Positions 20,015-30,402 of a stretch of DNA of 64,000 bases are shown here, in pieces; positions within the stretch are counted from its first letter, which is position 1; every line of letters begins with the position of its first letter. The translations under genes and the position numbers were made by a program. The notes under the pieces were generated by a model, which was not told the origin of the DNA, ran no database searches, and saw nothing but the letters and a program-made list of their open reading frames with translations. Location of the stretch: positions 928,001-992,000 of the forward strand of contig CAVSAC010000010.1 of NCBI GenBank assembly GCA_963725865.1, given 5' to 3'. This DNA is from Candidatus Eiseniibacteriota bacterium (GTDB lineage Bacteria > Eisenbacteria > RBG-16-71-46).

Positions 20015-21314
20015 GGTACTCCCCGGCCGCCAGGGAGGCCGGATCGACGACGTGCACCAGGTCGATCAGCACCTGGCCGGACTTCATCAGGCGGCCGACG
20101 TCGCGGTACTCCTTCGAGGCGTTCGCGACCACGACGACCTCGCTGGAGTCGACGACCTCGCGCACCGAGGTGCGCAGGCGCTCGGGCAGGTACGGCACCT
20201 CGTCCTCGACAAAGCGACGGTTGGCGCCGAGCACCCGCTCCATGTTCACGTTCGGATCGTGCAGCAGCAGCGTGTAGCCCTTGCCGACCAGGCTCCCGAT
20301 GACGCGCAGGATCGGACTCTCGCGCAGGTCGTCGGTCTCGGCCTTGAACGACAGCCCGAGCACGCCGACCTTGCGGCGCTTGAGCTTTTCGATCATCGCG
20401 ATCGCGGCCTCGACGTGCACGTCGTTGGAGCGCATCACCGAGTAGATCACCGGCAGGTCGAGGCCGCGGTGCCGTCCGCGCGCGTTGAGCGCGCGCACGT
20501 CCTTCGGCAGGCAGGAGCCGCCGAACGCGAATCCGGGCTTGAAGTAGTAGGCGCTCAGGTTCAGGCGCGTGTCCTTGCAGAACAGCCGCATGACCTCGTG
20601 GCTGTCCACCCCCTCGCGCTTCGCCCAGCGACCGACCTCGTTCGCGAACGCGACCTTGAGGGCGTGAAAGGTGTTGTTGACGTACTTGAGGGATTCGGCG
20701 GTACGGATCGCGGTCACGACCATCTCGCCGCCGACGTCGCGGTACATGTCGCGCATGGTCTGCGCGCTGCGCGGATCGCCGGCGCCCAGCACGGTGTACT
20801 CGGCCCCGAAGAAGTCGTCCACCGCGGTGCCCTCGCGCAGGAACTCGGGGTTGTAGCCGACACCGAAGTCCACGCCCGCGCGCTTGCCCGAGGACTTCTC
20901 CAGCACCGGGGTGAGTTCGTCCTCGACGCTGCCGGGCAGCATCGTGCTGCGCTGGACGACCACGGTCCAGCGGCCGCTGCGGCCGATCGCGGTGCCCACC
21001 TCGGCGCACGCGCGCTTGACGTGATCGAGGTCGAGGCTGCCGTCCTCGGCGCTCGGAGTGCCGACGCATACGAGCACGATGTCGGCGTCGCTCATCGCCT
21101 CGTCGATGCGGGTGGTCGCGCGCAGGCGACCGGCGCCGCGCGCCTCGCGGATCAGCTCGCCGAGACCGGCTTCCACGATCGGGCTCTCGCCGCGCTCGAT
21201 GCTGTCCACCTTGTAGGTGCTCGTGTCCACACCCGTGACCCGGTGCCCGCGGCTGGCGAGACACGCCGAGCACACCGAACCCACGTAGCCCAGCCCGACC
21301 ACGACGACGTTCAT
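19998..21314 (-). CDS. UDP-glucose/GDP-mannose 6-dehydrogenase family (AlgD-like)
   Basis: GLGYVG, CVGTPS, NPEFLREG, KYVNNTFHALKV, FGGSCLPKD, GLSFKAETDDLRESP. Confidence 0.93.
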   Translation of the reverse strand: MNVVVVGLGYVGSVCSACLASRGHRVTGVDTSTYKVDSIERGESPIVEAGLGELIREARGAGRLRATTRIDEAMSDADIVLVCVGTPSAEDGSLDLDHVKRACAEVGTAIGRSGRWTVVVQRSTMLPGSVEDELTPVLEKSSGKRAGVDFGVGYNPEFLREGTAVDDFFGAEYTVLGAGDPRSAQTMRDMYRDVGGEMVVTAIRTAESLKYVNNTFHALKVAFANEVGRWAKREGVDSHEVMRLFCKDTRLNLSAYYFKPGFAFGGSCLPKDVRALNARGRHRGLDLPVIYSVMRSNDVHVEAAIAMIEKLKRRKVGVLGLSFKAETDDLRESPILRVIGSLVGKGYTLLLHDPNVNMERVLGANRRFVEDEVPYLPERLRTSVREVVDSSEVVVVANASKEYRDVGRLMKSGQVLIDLVHVVDPASLAAGEYHGLAW

Positions 21315-21357
21315 GATCATCCTCTCGGCTCGTGCCCGGCGCGACCCCGAGGCGGGG

Positions 21358-22821
21358 TCACGGCAGCGCCGTGCGGAGCCTGACGTGCCACAGACGGACG
21401 CCGCGCAGCGCGATGTGCTCGGCATCCGGGAATTGTGCGTCGAACCGGCGCGCGAACGCGCCGGAGGGATCGAGATCCTCGGGACGACTCTGTACCACCC
21501 ACGCCCCGCCGGCCCCCGCCATCGCCTCGGCCAGCTTCTGGTCGAGACGCGCCGGACGGTCGACGAGCCCGAGCCACACCGGTACGACCCGGAGCGGCCC
21601 ACGATAGTAATACGTCAGCGGGTCATCCGTGTTGATCGAGATGACGCGCTCGTCGGGCAGTGCCCGCCGGCTCAACACCTCCGCCATGCCACGGTAGTCC
21701 TCCTTGGCGTAGCGCGGATCCGCATAGTGATGGAAGAGCGAGAGCGTCCACAACAGCGCCACCGCCAGACCGAGCACCCGTCGGAGTCCCGCCTTGGCAT
21801 CGGCCAGTCCGGCCGCGATCACGAGGAGGAACGCCGGGAACGCGACCATCAGATAGCGCGGATGGAACACCTTGAAATTGGACACCGACATCCAGGTGAC
21901 CAGCAGGACGGGCCCCAACAGCCAGACCAGCGTCTCGCCCAGTCGTCCCCGCCGCGCGATCGCGCGCAGCCCCAGCACGCCGAGCCAGCCGAACAAGAGC
22001 CCGACCACCGCGATGCCCGGGCCATGGCGCATCACGATCGGCAGCGGCGCGCTCGCGCGCAGCTCCGACAGGGAGGGCCCGAGCGTGTAGCCGACGGCGA
22101 ACGCGTGGAGCGCGAACGGGACGGCCGCGGCGTGGAACGTGGTCGCGCCACGCAGCGCGACCTCTTCGGGGGCTGCCCGGTGCGCCGGAGTGAGCCGCGA
22201 CCAGTCCCACGTGCCGATCACCTGGGGCACGAACGGCAGCGCCGCGAGCACCACCACCGCGCACACGCCGGCGAGCAGCTTCAGCCTCTGCGCGCGCTCT
22301 GGCGGCGCCCCCCACCACCAGAGCGCGTGCACGGGAAGCACGAACGCGTACGCCCAGTTCGAGAGCAGGGCGCCGGCCGATGCGAACGCGTACCCGAACG
22401 CCCCGCGCGCCCGCGGTGCGCGCACGACCCCCAGCAGCACGGCGGAGGCGAGCGTGGTGCACAGCAGCAGGAGCGAGTAGTTGCGCGCTTCCTGCGAGTA
22501 CCACACCAGGAACGGCGAGCCCGCGGTCAGCCAGGCGGCGATCGCCGCGGTCTCGCGACCCAGCCAGCGGCGCGCGAGCCACGCCATCGCCGGCACGGTG
22601 GCGATGCCGAACAGCGCCGAGGGCAGCCGCATCGCCCACTCCCCGTCGCCGGCCAGCCGCGTCCAGCCGTAGAGGATCAGGCTGAAGAGCGGCCCGTGGA
22701 GGTCCTCCGTCAGCGCGCGCAACGAGAACGGCTGGCCGATGCTGGCGTTCAGCCAGGTGAGGACCTCGTCGATCCACAGGCTCTGCGACCCCAGGTGGAA
22801 CAGGCGCAGGCCAGCCGCCAC
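21358..22821 (-). CDS. PMT/GT39-like (GT-C) membrane glycosyltransferase; start uncertain
   Basis: LRLFHLGSQSLWIDE, HGPLF, MRLPSALFG, SPFLVWYSQEARNYS; many TM segments. Confidence 0.85.
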   Translation of the reverse strand: MAAGLRLFHLGSQSLWIDEVLTWLNASIGQPFSLRALTEDLHGPLFSLILYGWTRLAGDGEWAMRLPSALFGIATVPAMAWLARRWLGRETAAIAAWLTAGSPFLVWYSQEARNYSLLLLCTTLASAVLLGVVRAPRARGAFGYAFASAGALLSNWAYAFVLPVHALWWWGAPPERAQRLKLLAGVCAVVVLAALPFVPQVIGTWDWSRLTPAHRAAPEEVALRGATTFHAAAVPFALHAFAVGYTLGPSLSELRASAPLPIVMRHGPGIAVVGLLFGWLGVLGLRAIARRGRLGETLVWLLGPVLLVTWMSVSNFKVFHPRYLMVAFPAFLLVIAAGLADAKAGLRRVLGLAVALLWTLSLFHHYADPRYAKEDYRGMAEVLSRRALPDERVISINTDDPLTYYYRGPLRVVPVWLGLVDRPARLDQKLAEAMAGAGGAWVVQSRPEDLDPSGAFARRFDAQFPDAEHIALRGVRLWHVRLRTALP

Positions 22822-22936
22822 GAGCGTGGCGGCGACGAGGTGGAAGGCGAGGGCCGAATCGGGGGCGGAGGGAGGGAACGACGGAACGCGGTCCGGCCGG
22901 GCGTCCGGGCGGTGGTGTGGCGTCGCGGGTCTCCGA

Positions 22937-23893
22937 CTAGTACGCGCCCTCGCGCGAGAGGACGGCGGGGATGGTCCGGAGCAGGATCTTGACGTCCATC
23001 GCGAGCGACCGGTTCCGGATGTATTCGAGGTCGAGGCGCATCCACTCCTGGAATCCGATGCGACTGCGACCGCTGATCTGCCACAGGCAGGTGATGCCGG
23101 GCGCGATGTCGAGGCGGTGCATCTGCCACGGCTCGTACTTCGCGACCTCGTCGGGGATCGGCGGTCGCGGGCCCACCAGGCTCATCTCGCCCCGCAGCAC
23201 GTTGATGAACTGCGGGATCTCGTCGATCGAGCTGCGGCGGAGGAACCGTCCGACGCGGGTCACCCGCGGATCCCGGCTGATCTTGAACACCGGACCGTCG
23301 CACTCGTTGAGGTGCGCGACGTGATGCCGCATCTGGTCGGCGTCGTTCACCATCGAGCGCAACTTGAAGAAGGTGAATGCGCGCCCGTTGCGGCCGATGC
23401 GCGTCGAGCGGTAGACCACCGGCCCGCGCGACTCCAGCTTGATCATGATCGCGGCGAGCAGGAGCAATGGCGCGGCGAGGACCAACGCGACCAGCGCGCC
23501 AACCAGGTCGACGATGCGCTTGCCGGCTCGCAGGTAGAACCCCTCCGCCGGCGCGCGGACGGGGCTCGCCTGTTCGAGCGCTCCGGACGCCCCGAGCAGC
23601 GCGATCCCGGCCCGCGAATGGCCATTGACGTGACCGTTCGCCAGGCCGTTCGAGTGGCCATTGAGGTGTCCGGTGCGGTGAGGAAGGCTGGCCGCATGGC
23701 CGTTCGAATAGCCGTGAACGTGCCCGTTGGCGGCCGGGAGTATCGGCGGGGTGGTGACGGATACGCAGTCGGAGGAAGCGCTCGCGGTCATGGTCTCCAC
23801 GGGACGGTTCCGGACCGAATGGTCCGTGCCTGGGGCCTGGTCAGGGCCACCGGACGTGCGCTCACTGGGCTTCGCGAGGATGTCGGGCTGCAT
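22937..23893 (-). CDS. Priming sugar transferase (Bac_transf/WcaJ-like catalytic domain) with a low-complexity N-terminus
   Basis: [67 protein letters not shown]. Confidence 0.93.
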   Translation of the reverse strand: MQPDILAKPSERTSGGPDQAPGTDHSVRNRPVETMTASASSDCVSVTTPPILPAANGHVHGYSNGHAASLPHRTGHLNGHSNGLANGHVNGHSRAGIALLGASGALEQASPVRAPAEGFYLRAGKRIVDLVGALVALVLAAPLLLLAAIMIKLESRGPVVYRSTRIGRNGRAFTFFKLRSMVNDADQMRHHVAHLNECDGPVFKISRDPRVTRVGRFLRRSSIDEIPQFINVLRGEMSLVGPRPPIPDEVAKYEPWQMHRLDIAPGITCLWQISGRSRIGFQEWMRLDLEYIRNRSLAMDVKILLRTIPAVLSREGAY

Positions 23894-23919
23894 GAAGTCG
23901 ATCTCTGATGTGTCGCCCG

Positions 23920-23957
23920 AAAAAAAACGCCGACGGGAACAGTCCGATCCCCTCGGC
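23920..23957 (-). terminator. Intrinsic terminator inside the 5' leader of the sugar-transferase operon
   Basis: GCCGA-G-GGGA(loop)TCCC-G-TCGGC followed by G and a T8 tract, ending 26 nt before ATG 23893. Confidence 0.65.
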
Positions 23958-24191
23958 TCAAAGCTCTCGCTTCATCCGTTCGAACTGGGTCGAGGACTTG
24001 TCGAGCACGAGCGACGGGGGAAACAGCAAGATGTCGATCCTCGGATGCTGACCCCGGCTTCCTGCCGGGTGGCCGACCCCGCCCACGCACGAGTGGGATC
24101 GGTCTGCTTGGCTCGTCTGTACTGCAAACCCAGTTAGCAAAGTCCCAGAGGCGCTTCCTCCCGCGGGTGGTGAGCACTGCTGCGTCCGACT
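23920..24191 (-). ncRNA. Candidate structured cis-regulatory leader RNA (attenuator/riboswitch-like)
   Basis: Non-coding, lower GC, lies between a predicted promoter and a terminator; several long-range complementary segments and hairpins (see findings). Confidence 0.45.
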
Positions 24192-24197
24192 GGCAAG

Positions 24198-24227
24198 ACA
24201 TTAGCAAAAGCCTGACAGCCGAATCAA
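24198..24227 (-). promoter_or_regulatory. Predicted sigma70 promoter driving the leader and the leftward glycan operon
   Basis: TTGATT-N18-TAATGT with extended -10 TG. Confidence 0.55.
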
Positions 24228-24342
24228 GCACGACATGACCTCCGGGAGGGAATTGACTGGGAGTCGAATCCCCCCAGGCGAGGCAGCCATGGAGGATCGA
24301 GACCGCTCCCGGGCATACCCCGCTCGGCCCCCCTCCGCTCCG

Positions 24343-24351
24343 TGCTAGACT
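24343..24351 (+). promoter_or_regulatory. Predicted extended -10 promoter for the rightward GT2
   Basis: TGcTAGACT ~70 nt upstream of GTG 24422. Confidence 0.4.
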
Positions 24352-24421
24352 CCCGCCATCCATGCCGCCCTCGCACCGGGGTCCGCCCGGTCGAGCCCGC
24401 TGCCATCCGGAGGATTCCCTG

Positions 24422-25186
24422 GTGACGATCTGGCTCGCCCTGCCGGCCTACAACGAGGAGCGCTCCCTTCCCGCCCTGCTGGAACGCTGCATCCCCGTGG
24501 CGAAGGCCCTGGAAGCCAAAGGGCTGCGCCTCTCGGTGATCGTCGTGGACGACGGCAGCAAGGATGGGACCATCGCCGCGGCACGATCGTTCGAGGGTCG
24601 GCTCCCGGTCGAGGTGGTCCCCCACGTGGTCAACCAGGGGCTCGGCGCGGCGCTGCGGACCTGCCTGAAGTCCGCGCTCGAGCGCGCCCGGGACGGGGAC
24701 GCCATCGCCACCATGGACGCCGACAACACCCACGATCCGGCGTTGCTGGTCGAGATGCACCGGCGCCTGGTCGACACCCCGGCCGACCTCGTGATCGCCT
24801 CGCGCTACGTCGAGGGCGGCGAGGAAGTGGGCCTCACGCCGCTGCGCCAGGTGCTCTCGCGCGGCGCGTCCTTCCTGCTCACGCTGGTGGCGCCGGTGGC
24901 GGGCGCGCGCGATTACACGTGCGGCTACCGGCTCTATCGCGAGTCGCTGCTGCGCAGCGCCGCGCGGGCCTGGGGCGACCGGCTGGTCGAGGAGGCGGGC
25001 TTCACCTGCATGGCCGAGGTGCTGCTGAAACTCGGGCGCGGCGGCGCGAAGGTGACCGAGGCCCCCCTGGTGCTGCGCTACGACCTCAAGGAGGGCGCGA
25101 GCAAGATGAAGATCATGCGCACCATCACCCGCTATTTCGCGCTGGCCCAGCGCATCCGCTCGGGACCACTGCCGAAGGTGGCCTGA
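24422..25186 (+). CDS. Glycosyltransferase family 2 (polyprenol-phosphate sugar synthase-like)
   Basis: LPAYNEE, VDDGSKDGT, NQGLGAAL, MDADNTH, RDYTCGYR; RBS GGAGG. Confidence 0.88.
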   Translation: MTIWLALPAYNEERSLPALLERCIPVAKALEAKGLRLSVIVVDDGSKDGTIAAARSFEGRLPVEVVPHVVNQGLGAALRTCLKSALERARDGDAIATMDADNTHDPALLVEMHRRLVDTPADLVIASRYVEGGEEVGLTPLRQVLSRGASFLLTLVAPVAGARDYTCGYRLYRESLLRSAARAWGDRLVEEAGFTCMAEVLLKLGRGGAKVTEAPLVLRYDLKEGASKMKIMRTITRYFALAQRIRSGPLPKVA

Positions 25187-25250
25187 ACACGGCGCGGGAG
25201 TCCGGCTGGAGTTCGCCGGCGATGCAGCTCGCACGGGCGTCCAGATTCTG

Positions 25251-25305
25251 CAACGCGTTGTGGCCCAACCGACTCTTGCCACGGCTCCCAACGCGCTGAT
25301 AACAT
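25251..25305 (+). promoter_or_regulatory. Predicted sigma70 promoter with operator-like palindromes
   Basis: TTGCCA-N18-TAACAT (25276-25305); CAACGCGTTG at 25251-25260 and CAACGCGCTG at 25289-25298. Confidence 0.5.
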
Positions 25306-25383
25306 TTTCGTGCCCCTGACAGCGGCCGCCCCGGGACCCCGGGGAGGCGGATCTCGTCTCACCCCGGAAGCCAACCCCTCCCC

Positions 25384-26058
25384 ATGCACCGAAACCTCAA
25401 GCTGAGCGTCGTCATCCCCTGCTACAACGAGGAAGATGGTGTCCGTCTGGTCATCGATCGGACCCCCAAGATCGTCGACGAGATCGTGGTGGTGGACAAC
25501 AACTGCACCGATCGCACCGCCGAAGTCGCGCGCTCGCTGGGCGCGGTGGTGGTGGCGGAGAAGACTCCGGGGTACGGCGCCGCCTACAAGCGCGGACTGA
25601 AGGCCGCCACCGGCGACGTCGTCATCACGTTCGACGGCGACGGCACCTATCCGCCCGAGGACATCGCGCGACTGGTGGACGAGCTGGTGGACAAGGGGTG
25701 GGATTTCCTGTCGGCGTCGCGATTCCCGCTCGTCGACCCGAAGTCGATGCCGTTCACGAACCGGCTCGGGAACTGGGTGCTCACGATCGCGGCCGCGGTG
25801 CTGTTCTTCAAGCCCATCCGCGACAGCCAGTCGGGCATGTGGGTGTTCAAGCGCTCGATGCTGGACCGCATGAAGCTCACCTCGGACGGGATGGCGTTCA
25901 GCGAGGAGATCAAGCTCGAGGCGCTGCTGCGGGGGCTCAAGTTCGGTGAGGGTCACATCCCCTACGGCGCGCGCATCGGCGACGTGAAGCTCGAGAAGTG
26001 GAAGGACGGCTGGGAGAACCTCGCCTTCCTGGTCCGGAAGCGTTTCGGAGCGGTATGA
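25384..26058 (+). CDS. Glycosyltransferase family 2 (polyprenol-phosphate sugar synthase-like)
   Basis: VVIPCYNEE, VVDNNCTD, GYGAAY, FDGDGTYP, DSQSGM, KWKDG. Confidence 0.9.
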   Translation: MHRNLKLSVVIPCYNEEDGVRLVIDRTPKIVDEIVVVDNNCTDRTAEVARSLGAVVVAEKTPGYGAAYKRGLKAATGDVVITFDGDGTYPPEDIARLVDELVDKGWDFLSASRFPLVDPKSMPFTNRLGNWVLTIAAAVLFFKPIRDSQSGMWVFKRSMLDRMKLTSDGMAFSEEIKLEALLRGLKFGEGHIPYGARIGDVKLEKWKDGWENLAFLVRKRFGAV

Positions 26059-27498
26059 GGCCATCGGTGCTGCCCGCGGGCTCGACGGGCCGCGAGCGCC
26101 GTAGTCCGGTGAACCTGATCCTGGGTGTGGTGCTCGTGGTCGGCGCGGGCATCATGCTCGGCATGCAGTACCTCTCGCCGGACCCGCGCGTGATCGGCGT
26201 GCTGGTCGCGATGCTCGTGTTCGGCATCGCATGGCGGCTCGACATGCTGGCCGGCATCGGCCTGCTGGTCATGACGCTCCCCTATCCGCGTGGGACGACG
26301 TTCGGCAGCACGAATCTGGCCCTGATCCTCCTGCTGCTCGTGATCTGGTTGCTGCGGGTCAGCCAGCACCAGAGCTCCGGCCCCGCGTCGCACGCCGCTC
26401 GATCCACCGATCGTGGTCTTCGTGATCGCCTGGATCGGCTCCTTCTACAACATCCGAATCGCCGCGGACGTCCCGTTCGCGCTCCAGAATACCGAGTTGC
26501 TGGTGGCGGGCCTCATGCTGTTCTACCTGGTCGTCAGCAACGTGCGCACCGAGGCCGAGCTGCGGCGCCTGCACGGGATCCAACTCCTGTCGCTCACCAC
26601 GATCTGCCTGATCGGCCTCTACGAACTGACTCATCCCGGTGGGCATCTGATCCCGGGCTGGATCGAGTTCGGGAGCACGGCAGAGGAATTCGGTAAGCAC
26701 AACGTCCGCGTGGGCGGGCCCTTCTTCGACTACGAGCTGCTGGCCGAGTTCGCGGCGATCAGCCTGCTGCTGGTCGCATTCTGGCTGGTCCGCGCCCGCT
26801 CGGGGAACCAACGGCTGGTGATGGGTGGCCTGTTCCTGGTGGTGGTGTTCATCCTGTTCACCACGGTCACCCGGGGCGCCATGATCTCGCTCGCCGTCGC
26901 ACTGCTCTACCTCGCTTGGATGTTGCGGCGCCAGATCAGGCTGGTGCCCTTCACGCTGCTCGTCTCCGCCATCGTCGCCGGCTTCATCGCCATGAACTTC
27001 TACGTCTCCCACTACACGCGCTCGGGTGACATCCTGGCCCGGCTCATGGGCACCGAGATCAAGGGGTTCGTGCCGGACAGCCGCACGGCGGCGTGGAAGG
27101 ACGGCTGGGACCGGTGGATGTTGAGCCCGCTGCTGGGCCACGGACCGTACTACTCCCCACAGGTCGGCACCCACTTCTACTACTGGCCGCACAACGGCTA
27201 CCTGCTCGTCGCCAACTACGTCGGCGCGGTCGGCCTCGCGGCATTCGGTTGGATCCTGTTCACCCTCTTTCGGATCACGCGACCCCTCGTCGCCCGGCTC
27301 GACGACCCCAGCTACGCGCGATCCTACCTGGTCATCGCGAATACCCAGCTGCTGCTGTTCGCGGTCGACCAGACCAAGATCGACTTCTTGCGGAATCCGA
27401 TCTACCAGTTCCAGGTGTGGCTGCTGTTCGCGACGTGGGCGGCCGGCGCGATGGTGGCGCGGTCCGAGCACGAACGCGCGACCGCGGGAGCGTCGTGA
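26055..27498 (+). CDS. O-antigen ligase/Wzy polymerase family membrane protein (frameshift near 26390)
   Basis: Many TM helices; RVGGPF, TVTRGAM, DSRTAAW, PLLGHG, PHNGYL. Confidence 0.8.
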
Positions 27499-28854
27499 TC
27501 CCGCGCGCGGCGCTGAAGCGTCTCACGACCCCGATCAAGCGCACTCCATTCGGCGAGAGCCTCGTCCGCCGCAATCCGCTCTGGTACCCGCCGGCGGTGC
27601 GTCGCTTCCGGCGGCTCGCGGCTTCGTCGTCTGCCGAACGCCGGAGCTGGGATGCGCGGGCACTCGCGCGGTCGCTCGCGCTGGCGGCGACGACGCCGTA
27701 CGGCCGCCGGGTGGAAGGCGGGACGACGCTCGAGTCGTGGCCGCTGCTCGCGCCCGCCACGCTGCGCGAGGCGCCTCACGAGGTGCTGCGAGCATCGCGC
27801 TGGGCGCTCCCGGCGGCGACCGGCGGCACCACCGGCGTCCCGCTGCCGCTGCTGCGCTCGCCGCGCTCGATCGCGGTCGAGCAGGCCGCCATCGACCACC
27901 TGCTCCGCGCGAGCGGCGTGGAGCCGGCCCGCGCGCGCGTCTGCGTCCTGCGCGGCGACGACGTGAAGGACCCCGCCGACCGCACGCCGCCGTTCTGGAT
28001 CGACGCCCACGCGGGGCGCCGGCGCATCTTCTCGTCGAACCACCTCGCGTGCGGACACCGTCGCTGCGTACGTCGACGCGCTGGTCTCGTTCCGGGCCGA
28101 CTACTGGTGGGTGTACCCGAGCGCGCTCGAGTCGCTGCTGCGCCGGATGGCGGCCGCCGGCCTCGGCGCGCAGGTCCCGCTCGTGCTGTCCTCCTCCGAG
28201 GTGCTGCCGACGGCCGTGAACGAGGCCGCGCACCGCGCGCTCGGGTGCGCGGTGATCGACTACTACGGGCAGGCGGAACGCGTGGCGTTCGCCTGGTGCG
28301 AGTCCCCGGGCACGTGGCGATTCCTGCCGGGCTACGCGCACGTCGAGCTGACCCCGCGCGCGGAGATCGGACCGGGAGCGCACTTCGAGGTCGTCGGCAC
28401 CCCGTTCTGGAACTCGGCCATGCCGCTGGTGCGCTATCGCACCGGCGACTTGATCCGCTTCGAGGCTCCGCCGCCGCCGGCGGAGCTCGAGGAGATCGCG
28501 CTCGGCGTGCGGACCTTCCCGGGCATCCTCGGCCGCGATGGCGACGTGCTGGTCGCGCCGGATGGCACGGTGCTGACCGGGATCGATCACTTCCACCGCG
28601 GGGTCGACCGCGTGACCCGCATCCAGGTGGTGCACGAGCGGGCCGACCGCGTGCTGGTGCGGGTGCTGCCCGCACCCGGCTTCGGCGAGGCCGAGCGGGC
28701 CGCGATCGCCGCCAACGCCCGGCGCAAGCTGCCGCCCTCGATGTCGGTCGAGGTCCAGGTCGTCGACGCGCTCGAGCGCACCGCGCTCGGCAAGACGCCG
28801 TTCATCGTCCGGCGCCCCGGCGTGACCGGCCCGCCTCGGAGCGAGGCACGATGA
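27495..28854 (+). CDS. Phenylacetate-CoA ligase/CapK-family adenylate-forming enzyme (frameshift near 28050)
   Basis: TGGTTGVP, YPSAL, DYYGQAER, AMPLVRYRTGD, GRDGD, GKTP. Confidence 0.85.
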
Positions 28855-29873
28855 CCGCGGTGCGTCCCTATCAGGAGCCGGACCGCGCGCGGTGGGATGC
28901 GTACGTGAGCACGGCGCCGGGTGCCCACTTCGCGCAGCGCGCCGCGTGGCGCGCGGTGACCCAGCGGGGCTATGGCGCGCGGCCGCGCTGGTGGCTCGCC
29001 GAGCGCGATGGCCGCGTCACCGGCGTGCTGCCGCTGTTCGAGGCGCGCGGGCTCACCGGCGAGCGCCGGCTGTTCTCCTCGCCCGGCGGGCTGCTCGCCG
29101 ACGACGAGGCGACCGCCGCCGCGCTGCTGGTGCCTGCGCGCGAGGTGGTGGCGCGCGAGCGGATGGCGCTGCTCGAGCTGCGCGACCAGCGCCGGCGCTG
29201 GGACGGGCTCGTCACCATCGACGAGCACGTCACCATGGAGCTGGAGCTGCCGCGCGACGCCGAGACCCTGTGGAAGGCGTTCGACGCCAAGCTGCGCAAC
29301 CAGATCCGCAAGGGTCAGAAGAGCGGCTTCGCGGTCCGCTGGGGGCACGACGCGCCCACGTTCCACCGCGTGCTGCTCGAGAACATGCGCGACCTCGGCA
29401 CCCCGATCCTCGGCCCCGCGTACTACCGGAGCGTGCTCGAGGGCTACGGGGACGACGCGAGCGTGCTGATCGTCGCGGCCGGCGACCAGCCCGCCGGGAC
29501 CATGCTCGTCGTCGAGCATGCCGGCGTGGCTGCCGATCCGTGGGCGTCGTCGCTGCGCCGCTTCTTCGCGCTCTGCCCCAACCAGATCGTGTACTGGGAG
29601 GCAATCCAGCGCGCGATCGCGCGCGGCATGCGGCGATTCGACTTCGGGCGCAGCCAGCGGGACTCCGGCACCTACCGGTTCAAGGAGCAGTGGCTCGCGC
29701 GCCCGGTTCCGCTGTACTACCAGTACGTCTTCGGGACCGCGCCCGGGGCGCCGACCCTCGAGGATCAGAAGCACGCGTTCGCGCTGGCGGTGCGGCTCTG
29801 GCAGCATCTGCCGGTGTCGGTCGCCGGGGTCCTCGGCCGCGGCGTGAAGCGGCTGTTCCCCGAGGCACTGTGA
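28851..29873 (+). CDS. FemAB-like GNAT protein (family often linked to PEP-CTERM/XrtA loci)
   Basis: [46 protein letters not shown]. Confidence 0.85.
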   Translation: MTAVRPYQEPDRARWDAYVSTAPGAHFAQRAAWRAVTQRGYGARPRWWLAERDGRVTGVLPLFEARGLTGERRLFSSPGGLLADDEATAAALLVPAREVVARERMALLELRDQRRRWDGLVTIDEHVTMELELPRDAETLWKAFDAKLRNQIRKGQKSGFAVRWGHDAPTFHRVLLENMRDLGTPILGPAYYRSVLEGYGDDASVLIVAAGDQPAGTMLVVEHAGVAADPWASSLRRFFALCPNQIVYWEAIQRAIARGMRRFDFGRSQRDSGTYRFKEQWLARPVPLYYQYVFGTAPGAPTLEDQKHAFALAVRLWQHLPVSVAGVLGRGVKRLFPEAL

Positions 29874-29901
29874 CCGCGCCCGCGCGCCCGGAGGCCGAGG
29901 C

Positions 29902-30402
29902 ATGAGGATCACGTCCCGCACCGATCGCCGTGAGTACGAGCAGCGCATCGCGCCGCGCGGCCTGCCGCGCCTGTTCTGGCAGAAGGCCGTTCACATCCTC
30001 GCCCGCTTCTGCATCCCGGGCGGACTGCGCATGGCGCTCTACCGCTGGATGGGCGTCGCGATGGGCCGGCACGTCTACGTCGGCATGGAGACCTGGCTCG
30101 ACGACCAGTTCCCCGAGCTGATCCAGATCGAGGACGACGTCGTCATCTCGTTCCGGGTCACCGTCGTGGTGCACGACGACGCCCGCCGCATGGACCGCAT
30201 CGAGCCCGGGCAGCTCGAGGGCACGGTGGCGCCGGTGATCCTGAGGCGCGGGTGCTACCTCGGCGCCGGCGCGCTGGTGCTTCCCGGCGTCACGGTGGGC
30301 GAGCGCGCGGTGGTCGCCGCCGGCGCGGTGGTGACCCGCGACGTCCCGCCGCGCACCGTGGTCGGCGGGGTGCCTGCGCGCGTCCTCAAGGAGCTCGGGT
30401 GA
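29902..30402 (+). CDS. Acyltransferase, left-handed beta-helix family
   Basis: [41 protein letters not shown]. Confidence 0.88.
   Translation: MRITSRTDRREYEQRIAPRGLPRLFWQKAVHILARFCIPGGLRMALYRWMGVAMGRHVYVGMETWLDDQFPELIQIEDDVVISFRVTVVVHDDARRMDRIEPGQLEGTVAPVILRRGCYLGAGALVLPGVTVGERAVVAAGAVVTRDVPPRTVVGGVPARVLKELG

Noticed and set aside
24045..24075. SRP RNA domain IV-like CCGGCAGGAAGC in the leader
   Set aside because: The flanking CAGG and AGCA internal-loop elements are missing; the sequence is better explained as a simple hairpin
23958..24140. 60-aa ORF as a leader peptide
   Set aside because: TTG start without an RBS and no informative codon run; cannot be supported
24191..24206. Sigma54-like TGGCAAG-N4-TAGCA on the plus strand
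   Set aside because: Two mismatches to consensus, and it overlaps a better minus-strand sigma70 -10 box
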